Below are positions 31,759 to 42,433 of a DNA stretch of 64,000 nt, piece after piece. Location: NCBI GenBank assembly GCA_964564465.1, contig CAZMAO010000005.1, forward strand, positions 4,471 to 68,470, given 5' to 3'. The notes below the pieces were generated by a model. The model was given only the letters and a program-made list of their open reading frames with translations. It was not told where the DNA came from and ran no database searches. Numbering within the stretch: position 1 is the stretch's first letter; each line of letters starts with the position of its first letter. The DNA comes from an uncultured Bacteroides sp. (GTDB lineage Bacteria; Bacteroidota; Bacteroidia; Bacteroidales; Muribaculaceae). The translations under genes and the position numbers were made by a program.

Positions 31759-33105
31759 ATGAAAAATTTGTCTTCACAACTTACACATCTTGCAACAGCA
31801 GTTCTGGTCGCATTAATGTTCGCATCATGCTCGGACAGCAATCACAAACTGCTGGAAACCATTCCATCCACTGCAAATTTTGTGGCGGACATTGACCTGC
31901 CTGAAGTTTTGAAAGGGCTCGGCGCTGACATTTCCGACCAGGAAATCACGGTTCCCGACTCCATGAAATTCCTCAACGAAATTTTCGGAGATAATGCTTC
32001 GGACCTTATAAACAATTGTTACAAGGCATTCGACACCGATCATTTCGTTTTTTTCCAGGACAGCATAACCGGAAACAGCATTGTTACAATGACTGTGCGC
32101 GACAAAGCACTTGTCGATGATATATTCAATGATTTCCCGGTTGAGGTACGCGACGGATATAAAATATCCACTAACGCATCGGGAGTAACCATGATGGTTA
32201 AGAAAAATCAGTTCTGGGCATTGAAAAGCGACCATGCGGTTGAAGAAATAGACAATATCCTTAAAACCGCGAAAGAATCAAATATAGGCCAGCAGGATGG
32301 ACTGGCTGAATTTCTGGAACGTGAAGGATGCGCTAGCGTAATTTCAAATATCGATGGATTCGGAACAATAAACCAATGGAGCTGCATGTCACTTGTCGTG
32401 AAAAACAACAAAGTTATTGTGAATTCACAACTTATGACCTCCGATGGCGAGATAATTGAATTTGACGGATTGCAGACTCTGCAAACCGATTTCCTGCGCT
32501 ATCTCCCCTCAAGCATGAATTTTGTAGCAGCCATAGGAGCTACACGAAACACCGACTGGGGACTGCTCGACAAAATTATTTCCACCTGCGACAACACCCA
32601 GCTTGTGGGGCTGTTCGACACCCTGACACCTTATCTGCACAGCGCCGACGGCACCGTAGCGATAGCGACGACCATAGACACGGACGACATTATGGACTCG
32701 GGAGCCAATTTCTTTGTTATGATACACATGCCGCGCCACAAGATAAATGAAGGTCTGAACGAAATTGAACAGCAAATAAAAAATTCAGGCATTAAGGCAA
32801 CACGCGATGCCCAGGGCAATATAAATCTTTCGGGCCAGGGAATGTCGTTCTACGCCGGAGAAATCGACGGCTATCTCGGCATAGCCACTTTTCCCCTCAC
32901 CCCTACGCGCGACAACGAATTTGCCCCATATTTCGTGAACCGCAAGGCAGGCATTTATCTGAATCTGCCAACCATTCCGATGCTTCAAGGCTCACCCGGC
33001 ATTTACGTTGACCTTCAGGTGCAGTCCGCAGCCGCCAGTCTGAGCCTCACATGCCCGCAAGGAATCACCACATTCCTGAACTTCCTTTTCGCTCTCGCTT
33101 TATGA
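31759..33105 (+). CDS. Lipoprotein (DUF4836-like)
   Basis: Lipobox FASC; IPSTANFVA; precedes an ABC ATPase/permease pair. Confidence 0.6.
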   Translation: MKNLSSQLTHLATAVLVALMFASCSDSNHKLLETIPSTANFVADIDLPEVLKGLGADISDQEITVPDSMKFLNEIFGDNASDLINNCYKAFDTDHFVFFQDSITGNSIVTMTVRDKALVDDIFNDFPVEVRDGYKISTNASGVTMMVKKNQFWALKSDHAVEEIDNILKTAKESNIGQQDGLAEFLEREGCASVISNIDGFGTINQWSCMSLVVKNNKVIVNSQLMTSDGEIIEFDGLQTLQTDFLRYLPSSMNFVAAIGATRNTDWGLLDKIISTCDNTQLVGLFDTLTPYLHSADGTVAIATTIDTDDIMDSGANFFVMIHMPRHKINEGLNEIEQQIKNSGIKATRDAQGNINLSGQGMSFYAGEIDGYLGIATFPLTPTRDNEFAPYFVNRKAGIYLNLPTIPMLQGSPGIYVDLQVQSAAASLSLTCPQGITTFLNFLFALAL

Positions 33106-33758
33106 AAACCATAACGCTCCGCCACACCCTTCCCCATGTTTTCAAAGGAATGGAAAGCGACGAACCGCTATGCCATTCGCAGGTATGGGGCAAAGAAATC
33201 AGCTTCAATGCTCCCGAACGTTATCTGGTTGAAGCGGAAAGCGGAACAGGAAAATCGTCGCTATGCAGCTTCATCTACGGCAGCCGCGGCGATTACTCCG
33301 GAAGCATATTGTTCGACAACACCGACATACGCAGTTTCAGCGTAGGACAATGGTGCGAAATCCGCACAAGGCATCTGGCATATCTTCCGCAGGAAATGAT
33401 GCTGTTCGGCGAACTGACCGCAATGGAAAACATCCTGATAAAGAATTCACTGACCGACTTCAAATCGCGCCAATGGATTATGGATGCTCTTGAAAAAATG
33501 GAAATAGCAAACAAAGCTGATGTTCCAGCAGCGAAACTAAGCGTAGGCCAGCAGCAGCGGGTAGCCATTATCAGAGCCCTGTGTCAGCCGTTCGATTTTC
33601 TGATTGTCGACGAACCGGTGAGTCATCTCGATGCCCGCAACAACTCGATTGCCGCAGCTATGATTGCAGAGGAAGCCGCCGCTCAACACGCCGGAATAAT
33701 ATCCACCTCCGTGGGCAACAAACTTTTGCTTGACTACACCAAAACACTTCTGTTATGA
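33102..33758 (+). CDS. ABC transporter ATP-binding protein
   Basis: Walker A AESGTGKS, signature LSVGQ, Walker B LIVDEP; start overlaps the upstream stop. Confidence 0.9.
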   Translation: MKTITLRHTLPHVFKGMESDEPLCHSQVWGKEISFNAPERYLVEAESGTGKSSLCSFIYGSRGDYSGSILFDNTDIRSFSVGQWCEIRTRHLAYLPQEMMLFGELTAMENILIKNSLTDFKSRQWIMDALEKMEIANKADVPAAKLSVGQQQRVAIIRALCQPFDFLIVDEPVSHLDARNNSIAAAMIAEEAAAQHAGIISTSVGNKLLLDYTKTLLL

Positions 33759-34954
33759 GCAAAAACTACGTATGGCGTCTGATGCGCCACAACATAAGCG
33801 CCCGACAGCTCATCGGATATGCGCTGGCAAATCTTGTAGGACTGGCCATAGTGCTTACCGCAGTGCAGTTTTACCGCGACATCACATCGGTGTGGAACGG
33901 CAAAGACTCGTTCATTTCGCGCGATTATCTTATAATTTCACGTAAAGTCAGCGGTGTGAAAAGTCTGCTTGGAAACAGTCCGAAAGGCTTTTCAAAAGCA
34001 GACATTGAAAAAATTCAGCGACAGCCATGGACCAGACGGATAGGACAGTTCACAGCATCGGAATTCAACGTAACGGCAGCCATTGATCTCGGAGGTACGC
34101 CAATGAGCACGGCTCTGTTCCTCGAATCCATTCCATCGGAATTTTTCGACGTGAAACCCAAGGACTGGACATACACGCCGGGGCAACAGCAACCGGTTCC
34201 AATTATTTTGAGCAAAGATTACCTCACACTCTATAATTTCGGATTCGCGACATCACGCGGACTCCCACAGATAAGCGAATCAATGATTTCGATGCTGCCG
34301 TTGCGGGTTTCGATAAGTGGAGCGGGAAAACAGCAATGGCTGCCGGCGCGGATTGCCGGATTTTCTTCGCGCCTGAACACCATTGCAGTGCCAGAGGAAT
34401 TCATGGACTGGGCAAACAGCGAATTCGCCGACCAGCCGGCCGGAAATCCACAGCGTCTGATTGTGGAGGTTAACACACCGGGCGACCCGGCCATTGACCG
34501 TTTCCTGAAGCAGAACGGCTATGAATCGGCCGGCGACAAAGTTGATAACGGACGCGCGGCCTATTTCCTCAACGTAGCCACTGCTGTTGTTGTTGCTGTG
34601 GGAACATTAATAAGCGCACTGGCGTTCTTTATATTACTACTGAGCATCTATCTTCTGCTTCAGAAAAACCGCCGCATTCTCCGTAACCTGATGATGCTGG
34701 GATATTCTCCGGCTAAAGTTGCCCGGCCATATCACATGATCGTAGCGTCAGTCAACGGAATTTCAATGGCTGCCGCAATGGTTGCCGCAGCTGTTGGTTC
34801 GGCAATGTGGGGAACACCGCTGAAACAGATTGGCGCAGAACCGTCGGCCATTTGGCTCACCTTGGCGCTGGGGCTCGCTATAACATTACTTGTCACATTG
34901 GCTAACTTTGTGGCTATTAACCGAAAAGTGCGGAAAACATTTCCGCGACCATAA
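33755..34954 (+). CDS. ABC transporter permease (FtsX/MacB-like)
   Basis: N-terminal TM, large periplasmic loop (YNFGFA, SSRLNTI), three C-terminal TMs. Confidence 0.8.
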   Translation: MSKNYVWRLMRHNISARQLIGYALANLVGLAIVLTAVQFYRDITSVWNGKDSFISRDYLIISRKVSGVKSLLGNSPKGFSKADIEKIQRQPWTRRIGQFTASEFNVTAAIDLGGTPMSTALFLESIPSEFFDVKPKDWTYTPGQQQPVPIILSKDYLTLYNFGFATSRGLPQISESMISMLPLRVSISGAGKQQWLPARIAGFSSRLNTIAVPEEFMDWANSEFADQPAGNPQRLIVEVNTPGDPAIDRFLKQNGYESAGDKVDNGRAAYFLNVATAVVVAVGTLISALAFFILLLSIYLLLQKNRRILRNLMMLGYSPAKVARPYHMIVASVNGISMAAAMVAAAVGSAMWGTPLKQIGAEPSAIWLTLALGLAITLLVTLANFVAINRKVRKTFPRP

Positions 34955-34959
34955 CCGAA

Positions 34960-36183
34960 ATGAAGGACCAAATAATTGACCGCGAAAGTTCTGAACGTGC
35001 CGTTCTGGTTGGATTGATAACTCCCGCACAGAACGAAGCTAAAGCAAACGAATATCTCGACGAACTCGAATTCCTTGCCCACACCGCCGGGGCTGAAACC
35101 GTAGGTAAATTTCTACAACGTCTGCCTTATCGCGACTCACGCACATTCGTAGGCAAAGGAAAACTTGCCGAAATTAAAAAATTTGTCGAGGAAAATGAGG
35201 TGGGAATGGCAATTTTCGATGACGACCTCACCTCGAAACAAGTTGCGAACATAGAACGTGAACTGCAGATAAAGATTCTTGACCGCACAAGTCTGATTCT
35301 TGACATCTTCGCAAAACGGGCACAGACAGCAAACGCAAAAACGCAAGTTGAACTGGCTCAATATCAATATCTGCTTCCCCGCCTGACCCGCATGTGGACA
35401 CACCTTGAACGTCAGCGCGGCGGCATCGGCATGCGCGGCCCGGGTGAAACTCAGATTGAAACCGACCGCCGTATAATCCTCGACAAAATATCCAGGCTCA
35501 AAGAGGAACTCCGTTCAATCGACCGCCAGAAATCAATTCAACGCAAAAACCGTGGCAAACTGACACGTGTGGCGCTGGTGGGATATACAAACGTAGGTAA
35601 GTCAACCCTCATGAACCTGTTAAGCAAAAGCGATGTATTTGCCGAAAATAAACTTTTCGCAACACTCGACACGACCGTGCGCAAAGTAATAATCGACAAT
35701 CTTCCCTTCCTGCTTACCGACACCGTAGGATTCATTCGCAAACTGCCCACACATTTGGTCGAATCGTTTAAATCGACCCTCGACGAGGTGCGCGAGGCAG
35801 ACATTCTGGTGCATGTCGTAGATATTTCCCATCCCAATTTCGAGGAGCAGATCGATGTTGTAAACCGCACGCTCAACGAAATTTGCGGAGGGATAGAGAA
35901 ACCGGTGATAATGGTGTTCAACAAAATCGACGCCTTCACCTACACTCCCAAAGATGCCGACGATCTGACCCCTGCAACCCGTAAAAACATGTCGCTCGAT
36001 GAACTGAAAGCGTCATGGATGAGCCGACTCGGTTCCGACTGTGTATTCATATCCGCTAAAAAAGGAACCAACATCGATGAGCTTAAAACCTTGCTCTATG
36101 AAAAAGCGAAGGAAATTCATCTTCAACGATTCCCCTACAACGACTTCCTTTTCCAGAAGTACGACGATCTGACCGACGATTAA
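34960..36183 (+). CDS. hflX: GTPase HflX
   Basis: QVELAQYQYLLPRL, GPGETQIETDRR, GYTNVGKS, LFATLDTT, DTVGF, NKID. Confidence 0.97.
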   Translation: MKDQIIDRESSERAVLVGLITPAQNEAKANEYLDELEFLAHTAGAETVGKFLQRLPYRDSRTFVGKGKLAEIKKFVEENEVGMAIFDDDLTSKQVANIERELQIKILDRTSLILDIFAKRAQTANAKTQVELAQYQYLLPRLTRMWTHLERQRGGIGMRGPGETQIETDRRIILDKISRLKEELRSIDRQKSIQRKNRGKLTRVALVGYTNVGKSTLMNLLSKSDVFAENKLFATLDTTVRKVIIDNLPFLLTDTVGFIRKLPTHLVESFKSTLDEVREADILVHVVDISHPNFEEQIDVVNRTLNEICGGIEKPVIMVFNKIDAFTYTPKDADDLTPATRKNMSLDELKASWMSRLGSDCVFISAKKGTNIDELKTLLYEKAKEIHLQRFPYNDFLFQKYDDLTDD

Positions 36184-37319
36184 CTTTCCTGATTTGCCAG
36201 AGCCGTAAGAAGATTTTCCATGGCCTGGGTCAGCTCCACGCCACGCCGTTCCATAACCTTGCGGGCCGTGGCAAAAAACTTCTTCATAATAACCGGAGAA
36301 AAGCCTGTGGCTGAACTCCCTTCATGAAAATTTGGGAGATAAGTACGCGGAAATCCGCTGCCATGCACATTTACACCCACTCCAACCGATGATGCGGTGT
36401 TGAACATGGTGTTGATGCCCGCTTTCGAATGATCGCCCATTATGAGGCCGCAGAACAGCAGTCCGGTACGCTGAAAACGTTGTGTGGCATAATTCCACAG
36501 ACGGGCTTCGGTGTAATCATTTTTAAGGTTTGAAGCCGAACAACCGGCACCGAGATTACACCAGCTGCCGATAACGGCATTCCCCAAAAATCCGTCATGA
36601 GCCTTGTTGGAATAGGGGTGCATGACAACATTATTCAATTCGCCACCCACACGGCAGTCATGGCCGACAACGGTAGGCCCGTAAATTTTCGCCCCCATAT
36701 TAACATGGGCACCATCCATCACGGCAACCGGACCGCGCAAACAAGCACCTTCCATCACTTCAGCGCCGGCGCCGATATAAACCGGTCCGGAAGAAACATT
36801 TATAACCGCGCCGCACACTTTTGCCTGCGGATGGATATACAGATTACTTACCGGTCCGATAAGAGTGGTTCCGGCTGGTACTTCTGCACCATCATTATCA
36901 GTCATCAACGGGAACTGCCTCATCAGCCATTCACCGCAACCAGTGAAAATCTGACATAAACCGGTAAGCCTCTCCACATTGCCCGCAAACTCGATTCGCT
37001 CCCCGTCGCCGCGCGATGCTATGATCAGCTCACCTTTCACAAGCTGCTGACCGGGCTGCAAAGCAAGTATTGCATCGGCCAACTCACGCGATGGAATAAC
37101 TTCAGAAGCTACTTCAACCGCTTCGTCCGCCTCAAGTTCAGGATAAACCACGGAAAGCAAAGCATTTGTCCTGTAACCATAGACTGCCGGCATAAGTTTC
37201 CGCCACCATTGGCGGATGGTAAACATTCCACACTGAACCTCACATACCGGTCGGGTAAATGTTATTGGCAGCAAAGCGACATGTACGTCAGCGGAGTCAA
37301 CTAAATTGATGGTAAGCAT
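36180..37319 (-). CDS. GlmU-related putative sugar nucleotidyltransferase / hexapeptide-repeat acyltransferase
   Basis: LLPITFTRPV, left-handed beta-helix repeats, SNKAHDGFLGN, SNLKNDY, GDHSK. Confidence 0.8.
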   Translation of the reverse strand: MLTINLVDSADVHVALLPITFTRPVCEVQCGMFTIRQWWRKLMPAVYGYRTNALLSVVYPELEADEAVEVASEVIPSRELADAILALQPGQQLVKGELIIASRGDGERIEFAGNVERLTGLCQIFTGCGEWLMRQFPLMTDNDGAEVPAGTTLIGPVSNLYIHPQAKVCGAVINVSSGPVYIGAGAEVMEGACLRGPVAVMDGAHVNMGAKIYGPTVVGHDCRVGGELNNVVMHPYSNKAHDGFLGNAVIGSWCNLGAGCSASNLKNDYTEARLWNYATQRFQRTGLLFCGLIMGDHSKAGINTMFNTASSVGVGVNVHGSGFPRTYLPNFHEGSSATGFSPVIMKKFFATARKVMERRGVELTQAMENLLTALANQES

Positions 37320-37377
37320 AGCATAATTTTTCGGCAAATTTACTAATTTTGTGGTGAACAAACATTTTCCTGAACAA

Positions 37378-37926
37378 ATGAAATTTACACAGCTATCCAT
37401 TCCGGGAGTCTGGCTAATTGAACCGGTGCGTTTCGGTGATTCCCGTGGCTACTTTATGGAAACATTCAAAAAAGAAGAATTCCACAAGCATATAGGCGAT
37501 GTGGAATTCGTTCAGGATAATGAATCGTTATCATCGTTCGGAGTGCTTCGCGGACTCCACTTTCAGAAAGGCGACAGATCGCAAGCCAAGTTAGTGAGAG
37601 TGTCGCAGGGAAAAGTGGTGGATGTGGCAGTTGATCTGCGCAAATCATCACCCACATTCAAACAGCATGTGGCAGTGGAACTTAGCGCTGAAAACGGACG
37701 TCAACTGTTTGTGCCGCGTGGATTCGCTCATGGATTTGTTGTTCTGAGCGAAAAGGCGCAATTCCAATATAAAGTCGACAACACCTACGCGCCCGAAGCC
37801 GAATGCACTTTGATGTTCAACGATCCGGAACTCGGCATTGACTGGCCTGTAAGCGACGATCAGATGCTTCTCAGCGATAAAGACAAATCAGGTTTACCGC
37901 TGAGTAAAATAGAATTTTTCGACTGA
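37378..37926 (+). CDS. rfbC: dTDP-4-dehydrorhamnose 3,5-epimerase
   Basis: DSRGYFMET, QDNES, LRGLHFQ, VAVDLRKSSPTF, GFAHGF, LSDKD. Confidence 0.96.
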   Translation: MKFTQLSIPGVWLIEPVRFGDSRGYFMETFKKEEFHKHIGDVEFVQDNESLSSFGVLRGLHFQKGDRSQAKLVRVSQGKVVDVAVDLRKSSPTFKQHVAVELSAENGRQLFVPRGFAHGFVVLSEKAQFQYKVDNTYAPEAECTLMFNDPELGIDWPVSDDQMLLSDKDKSGLPLSKIEFFD

Positions 37927-37928
37927 TT

Positions 37929-38864
37929 TTAAATACGAGAAAAGAGCCAGGCACCGGGATAGCGGTTGGCCACACTCTCCTTCTGCGCTTCGATGGTGTT
38001 TCTGTCATTACCGGCAGAAATAAACACACGGAAACGGCCATCGGCTTCGACAATCTGCAAATCATCTTCGCCGTGACGGTTTATAAAACGGAGCGCCTCA
38101 GCGCGTGAGCCGCACGACGCCACGATAAGGTAATGATTCATGCCCTGAACTGCAACCTTCGGCTCCGCTTCAGCAGCCAAAGGAACAAACCGTGCGTATG
38201 CATCGGCATCGGAAGGGCGCAAAATAGTTATTTTTTTTACCTCTCTGACCGGAGCGGGAAGTTCAACGGCATGGGCCTTTGTGACTTCCGGAGCTGATAT
38301 AGAGGCATAATGCAGATGATCGACATTTATGGGAGTCGATGCCATGAAACCTATGCCCAACAACACTGCAACCGAAGCGGCTACACTTACCCAACGACGG
38401 CGGCGGGTGAAATCAACCTTAAGTGTCTTCACTGAATCAGAAGATTGTGCGGCGACATCGAACTGCAGGGCAGGCAACCCCATGTAACGCCATGAAGAAA
38501 CCGCATCACAAGCAGGTTCAAAAACAACCGCTCCATTTTCCGTTTTAAGAACACCTATGCCGGCAAGCACCAACGAACCGTTATTGTCGAGTTCGGCACG
38601 CATCGCATCTACCTCATTAGCCACAATTGCCTGAGCGGCCTGCTGCGATATGCCACGCCTGCGTGCCACGCTCGAAGCGAGCATCGCATCGTTATGATTC
38701 AGATCGGCATTGAAACCCAATGCGCACCATGGGGCAGTGAACAATCCAGTAGCCTCATCATAACTCGCAGGAAATGATTCTATTACAAAAGCACCCAACC
38801 CGGGCGCCACAACATAATTATGGCGGGAAAGAATATAGCGTATATGTTGGTCAATAGTGAACAT
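37929..38864 (-). CDS. HU-CCDC81-like N-terminal domains, TM helix and C-terminal SPOR domain protein
   Basis: HIRYILSRHNYVVAPGLGAF, FNADLNHND, TM helix, C-terminal SPOR-like YLIVAS..YPGAW. Confidence 0.75.
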   Translation of the reverse strand: MFTIDQHIRYILSRHNYVVAPGLGAFVIESFPASYDEATGLFTAPWCALGFNADLNHNDAMLASSVARRRGISQQAAQAIVANEVDAMRAELDNNGSLVLAGIGVLKTENGAVVFEPACDAVSSWRYMGLPALQFDVAAQSSDSVKTLKVDFTRRRRWVSVAASVAVLLGIGFMASTPINVDHLHYASISAPEVTKAHAVELPAPVREVKKITILRPSDADAYARFVPLAAEAEPKVAVQGMNHYLIVASCGSRAEALRFINRHGEDDLQIVEADGRFRVFISAGNDRNTIEAQKESVANRYPGAWLFSRI

Positions 38865-38926
38865 CTTTGCAAAGGTAGGAAACTATTATCAATTTTGAAA
38901 GCCCGGCACACCCATTTTTTAGGCAA

Positions 38927-40795
38927 TCAGAACATGTTTGTTATGGATGAAATAGGCAAGATACTAAGTATCAGTTTTCCATCGGGAGTAAAATTTGGCG
39001 AGGGCAACCTGAATAATTCTTCAATTATATGTTCCCTTTCCTCAGCCGTGAGATACTGGCCGACCGGAATGGCCGAAGCGTCGGCAAGCACGGAAGCGAT
39101 GCGGTTGCGCAGACGGGCACCAGGATCCTCACCCGTAAAAACAGTGTCGTCGAGTATCCTTACAAGCGTTTCACATGCATTTATATCGGTCTGCATGGAA
39201 GGCACAGCCACAACATTCCATTTCCCCTCCTCAATTTTTTGCAGTTCGAAACCAAGATTATCCAAATGAGGCATGATTGAAAGCAACACCGCCTCCTGCG
39301 AGGCAGTGAGCTGCAACTGTTCCGGGAACATAACTTTCTGACCGTTAAGGCTGCCATCGACCAGCATAGCCATATACTTTTCAAACAGTATACGCTTATG
39401 GGCGCGATGTTGGTCAACAATCATCAATCCTGACTTTGACGGCATGACAATGAAACGCCCCTTCAGCTGCAGACTTCCCAACTCAGCTGACACAGCATTG
39501 GTTTCACCGTCCAATCCAAGCCGGCCATCAGCGGAGACTCCGGCAACAATATCATCCGGCTCAAATGAAGAATCGGTCGGCTTCTGTTCACCGCCTCGTT
39601 TTGCAAAACCCTCGTAAAGCGCTTCCCAGTTCGTCAACGATGAACTTCCACCCTGCTTACGCGAAGCATAGCCTGACGAATTCTGCGAGGAAAAAGGATT
39701 ATAATTGCGATCATAGTCCTCCTGAGGAATGTTTGTGGCATCGGGGCTGAACACCGGAATTTCAAGTTCATGCGCGTCGTCGCTGAAATCTATGGCCGGC
39801 ACAGCGTTGAAACTGCCGAGCGATTCGCGCACCGCAGCTGTCAGAATTTGCCAGATGGCCTGTTCATTCTCGAATTTAATTTCGTTTTTTGTGGGATGAA
39901 TGTTAACATCAATCGTTTCCGGATCAACCGTGAGATTAATGAAATAATTCGGTTGTTCATCGGATGGGATAAGCTGTTCATAGCAACTCATCAACGCCTT
40001 GTGAAAATAAGGATGGCGCATGTGGCGGCCGTTGACAGTGAAAAACTGCAGCTGCCCCCGCTTGCGACTGAATTCAGGCCGCGAAATAAAACCGTCGATT
40101 TTCACTATTGAAGTTTCCGTTCCAACCGGAATCAACTGTTTCTCGACACTTTTCCCAAACAGATCGGCAATGCGCTGCTTAAAACTCGAACCGAGGAACT
40201 GATGAACAGTAACATCGTTCGACACCAATGTGAAATCGAGCGAAGGATTAACCAGCGCCATACGTTCAAACTCACGCATTATATGATTCAGCTCAACAGC
40301 ATCTTTCTTCAGGAACTTACGCCTTGCCGGAACATTGAAAAACAGATTTTTAACCATCATGTTCGTTCCCGGCACACACAGCTCGGGATGCTGTTTCTCC
40401 ACCTTTGAACCGCTTATTTCCAGGCGTGTGCCCATCTGCGCACCGTGGGGCATGGTGCGCAAGTCGACCTGCGCCACAGCACAGATCGAAGCAAGAGCTT
40501 CGCCACGAAAACCCATTGTGTGAAGCGTGAACAGATCATCGGCACGTGTTATTTTCGATGTGGCATATCGCTCAAACGCCATGCGGGCGTCGGTGTCCGA
40601 CATTCCACGACCGTTGTCAATCACCTGCACGAGCGTACGGCCGGCGTCGCGCACCACAATCTTTATCTGCGTGGCACCGGCGTCGACTGCATTCTCAACC
40701 AACTCCTTCACCACCGATGCCGGACGTTGAATCACCTCACCGGCAGCAATTTGATTGGCAACCGAATCAGGTAACAGATGAATTATATCGCTCAT
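38927..40795 (-). CDS. mutL: DNA mismatch repair protein MutL
   Basis: NQIAAGEVIQRPASVVKELVENAVDA, GFRGEALASI, DVNIHPTK, DQHRAH. Confidence 0.97.
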   Translation of the reverse strand: MSDIIHLLPDSVANQIAAGEVIQRPASVVKELVENAVDAGATQIKIVVRDAGRTLVQVIDNGRGMSDTDARMAFERYATSKITRADDLFTLHTMGFRGEALASICAVAQVDLRTMPHGAQMGTRLEISGSKVEKQHPELCVPGTNMMVKNLFFNVPARRKFLKKDAVELNHIMREFERMALVNPSLDFTLVSNDVTVHQFLGSSFKQRIADLFGKSVEKQLIPVGTETSIVKIDGFISRPEFSRKRGQLQFFTVNGRHMRHPYFHKALMSCYEQLIPSDEQPNYFINLTVDPETIDVNIHPTKNEIKFENEQAIWQILTAAVRESLGSFNAVPAIDFSDDAHELEIPVFSPDATNIPQEDYDRNYNPFSSQNSSGYASRKQGGSSSLTNWEALYEGFAKRGGEQKPTDSSFEPDDIVAGVSADGRLGLDGETNAVSAELGSLQLKGRFIVMPSKSGLMIVDQHRAHKRILFEKYMAMLVDGSLNGQKVMFPEQLQLTASQEAVLLSIMPHLDNLGFELQKIEEGKWNVVAVPSMQTDINACETLVRILDDTVFTGEDPGARLRNRIASVLADASAIPVGQYLTAEEREHIIEELFRLPSPNFTPDGKLILSILPISSITNMF

Positions 40796-40820
40796 TGCTA
40801 TGACTTAAATTTGCTGAATG

Positions 40821-40852
40821 CAAAGTTAAACAGGCCAATCCCAACGTGCAAA
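40821..40852 (-). promoter_or_regulatory. Bacteroidetes sigma-A promoter of mutL
   Basis: Minus strand: TTTG (40852-40849), 20-nt spacer, TAACTTTG (40828-40821). Confidence 0.7.
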
Positions 40853-40914
40853 CCCACTTATCAACGACATCACGCCCCGCTGTTAATAACCTGTTGATAA
40901 CTTATAATCCCCCC

Positions 40915-40960
40915 ACAAAAAACATAATGTCGTGAAACGGAAGTTCGCTTCACGACATTA
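40915..40960 (-). terminator. Intrinsic terminator downstream of the serpin gene
   Basis: 12-bp inverted repeat TAATGTCGTGAA (40925-40936) / TTCACGACATTA (40949-40960), followed on the minus strand by a T-rich tract. Confidence 0.75.
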
Positions 40961-40975
40961 ATAAAATTTATAATT

Positions 40976-42252
40976 TTAGAGCGATCTAACTGCTCCCATA
41001 TAAAGTATAGCACCAGTGCTCGATTCATCAATTATAAACATGAACGGACGGTTAATGTTTATCTGTTTTGGGATTACATAATCCATATTAGCTCCAGCCA
41101 TGATTCCGGTTGTTACGGAAGCTGCCTTTGTTCCGCTTTCTGCTACACTTATTTTTACAGCCTGCATCATGCATCCAAGTGAAAGTTCAGGATGATTCAT
41201 TGAAATTCCACTTAAGCTTTCTGATGCGAAAAGAGACATAAGGCCCATATTCCTTACAATTTCAGAAATATCCTTTGCATCTGAATTTATCTCAAACTTT
41301 GGGAGTTCAATTATAAATTCACCTTCAGTAGTATTCTGATTCAGTTCATTCCATTTTTCCAGTGTAAGTACCTCTATAATTTGGGAAAGGGTGAATCCAT
41401 TATCACTATCGAAACCGCCGGGCATAACAATTGAAAAACGGAATGCCTTATTTCCATAATCAAGCTGAACAAGCGTAAACTGATTATCAGAACAAACATT
41501 TAGGGTAGTGGAATTCATCATTGTCGACACGTTTGACACTTTGCCTGTCTCATTATGGAAAGGCCTGTTTGACGTATCTTTCTTATCAAAAGGGAATCTC
41601 CATTTTGCGTTAAAATAATCGGCACTTGCTACGGCAAAACAAGTAGGAACCAGGCTATCGAACATTTTGGGAATCATTCCATCTGTTTTATCTGAACACC
41701 ATTGATTAAACATTGACACACCCTCTGTTGTAGAAAGATCACTTTCCAATGTTTCAGCCCTAAAAACATTGGAAACAACTTCTTTAAAATAGGGATCATA
41801 AACAAACCCCGGTTTAAGTATCACCGAATTAGCCGACTTAAAAACCGATCTTGAATCTATTTTCGGCAGCGTACTCAATAATTTGGAATGCAGTCCGTTA
41901 AGGGTATTCAAATCAACATCAGAAAATCCGTAAAGTTCATTTATTTCTTTTTTAGCTTCTAATGACGCTCCATTTGCGAGCATAGCCAAAACATTAGATA
42001 AAGAAAAGGGCGAACACACGAAGTTATTATCAACATTTTTCTCCGCATATTTTTTGAAAAATGACAAACTAAGTTTGGTCTGTCCGTTAACAACCTCCTG
42101 TTCCGCACGTGAGAGAGCTATACCTTTAGAAACCTCATAGGTGATGGCATATCGCCTTCATCTTCAAACTTCGGCGTTTCATCCGATTCTGAACATGCTG
42201 AAAAAAGACAACCGGCGAAAATCAATGCAATAAATAATCTGAAATGTGACAT
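40976..42252 (-). pseudogene. Lipoprotein serpin, frameshifted near 42118-42160
   Basis: Serpin motifs NFVCSPFS, NQWCSDKTDGMI, YFNAKW, LPKFEI, ESGTKAASVT, INRPFMFII. The signal peptide/lipobox (MSHFRL...FSAC) lies in a different frame that stops at 42118. Confidence 0.8.
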
Positions 42253-42404
42253 AATTGGTAAAAGATTTAAGAAATATTTGCGCAATATATAAATAAAAAT
42301 CATAATCTCAAAATAATTAGCGATTAATTTTCAATTTATTATCTATCCTCCTAAATCATCCAATAAAACAAAACCAAAAAGAATGTTCTTACCGGGATTT
42401 TCGC

Positions 42405-42412
42405 TAAATTTG
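42405..42412 (+). promoter_or_regulatory. -7 promoter element of the sialic-acid operon
   Basis: TAAATTTG ~21 nt upstream of ATG 42434. Confidence 0.55.
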
Positions 42413-42433
42413 CAGGGATAACCAATCAGTGTC

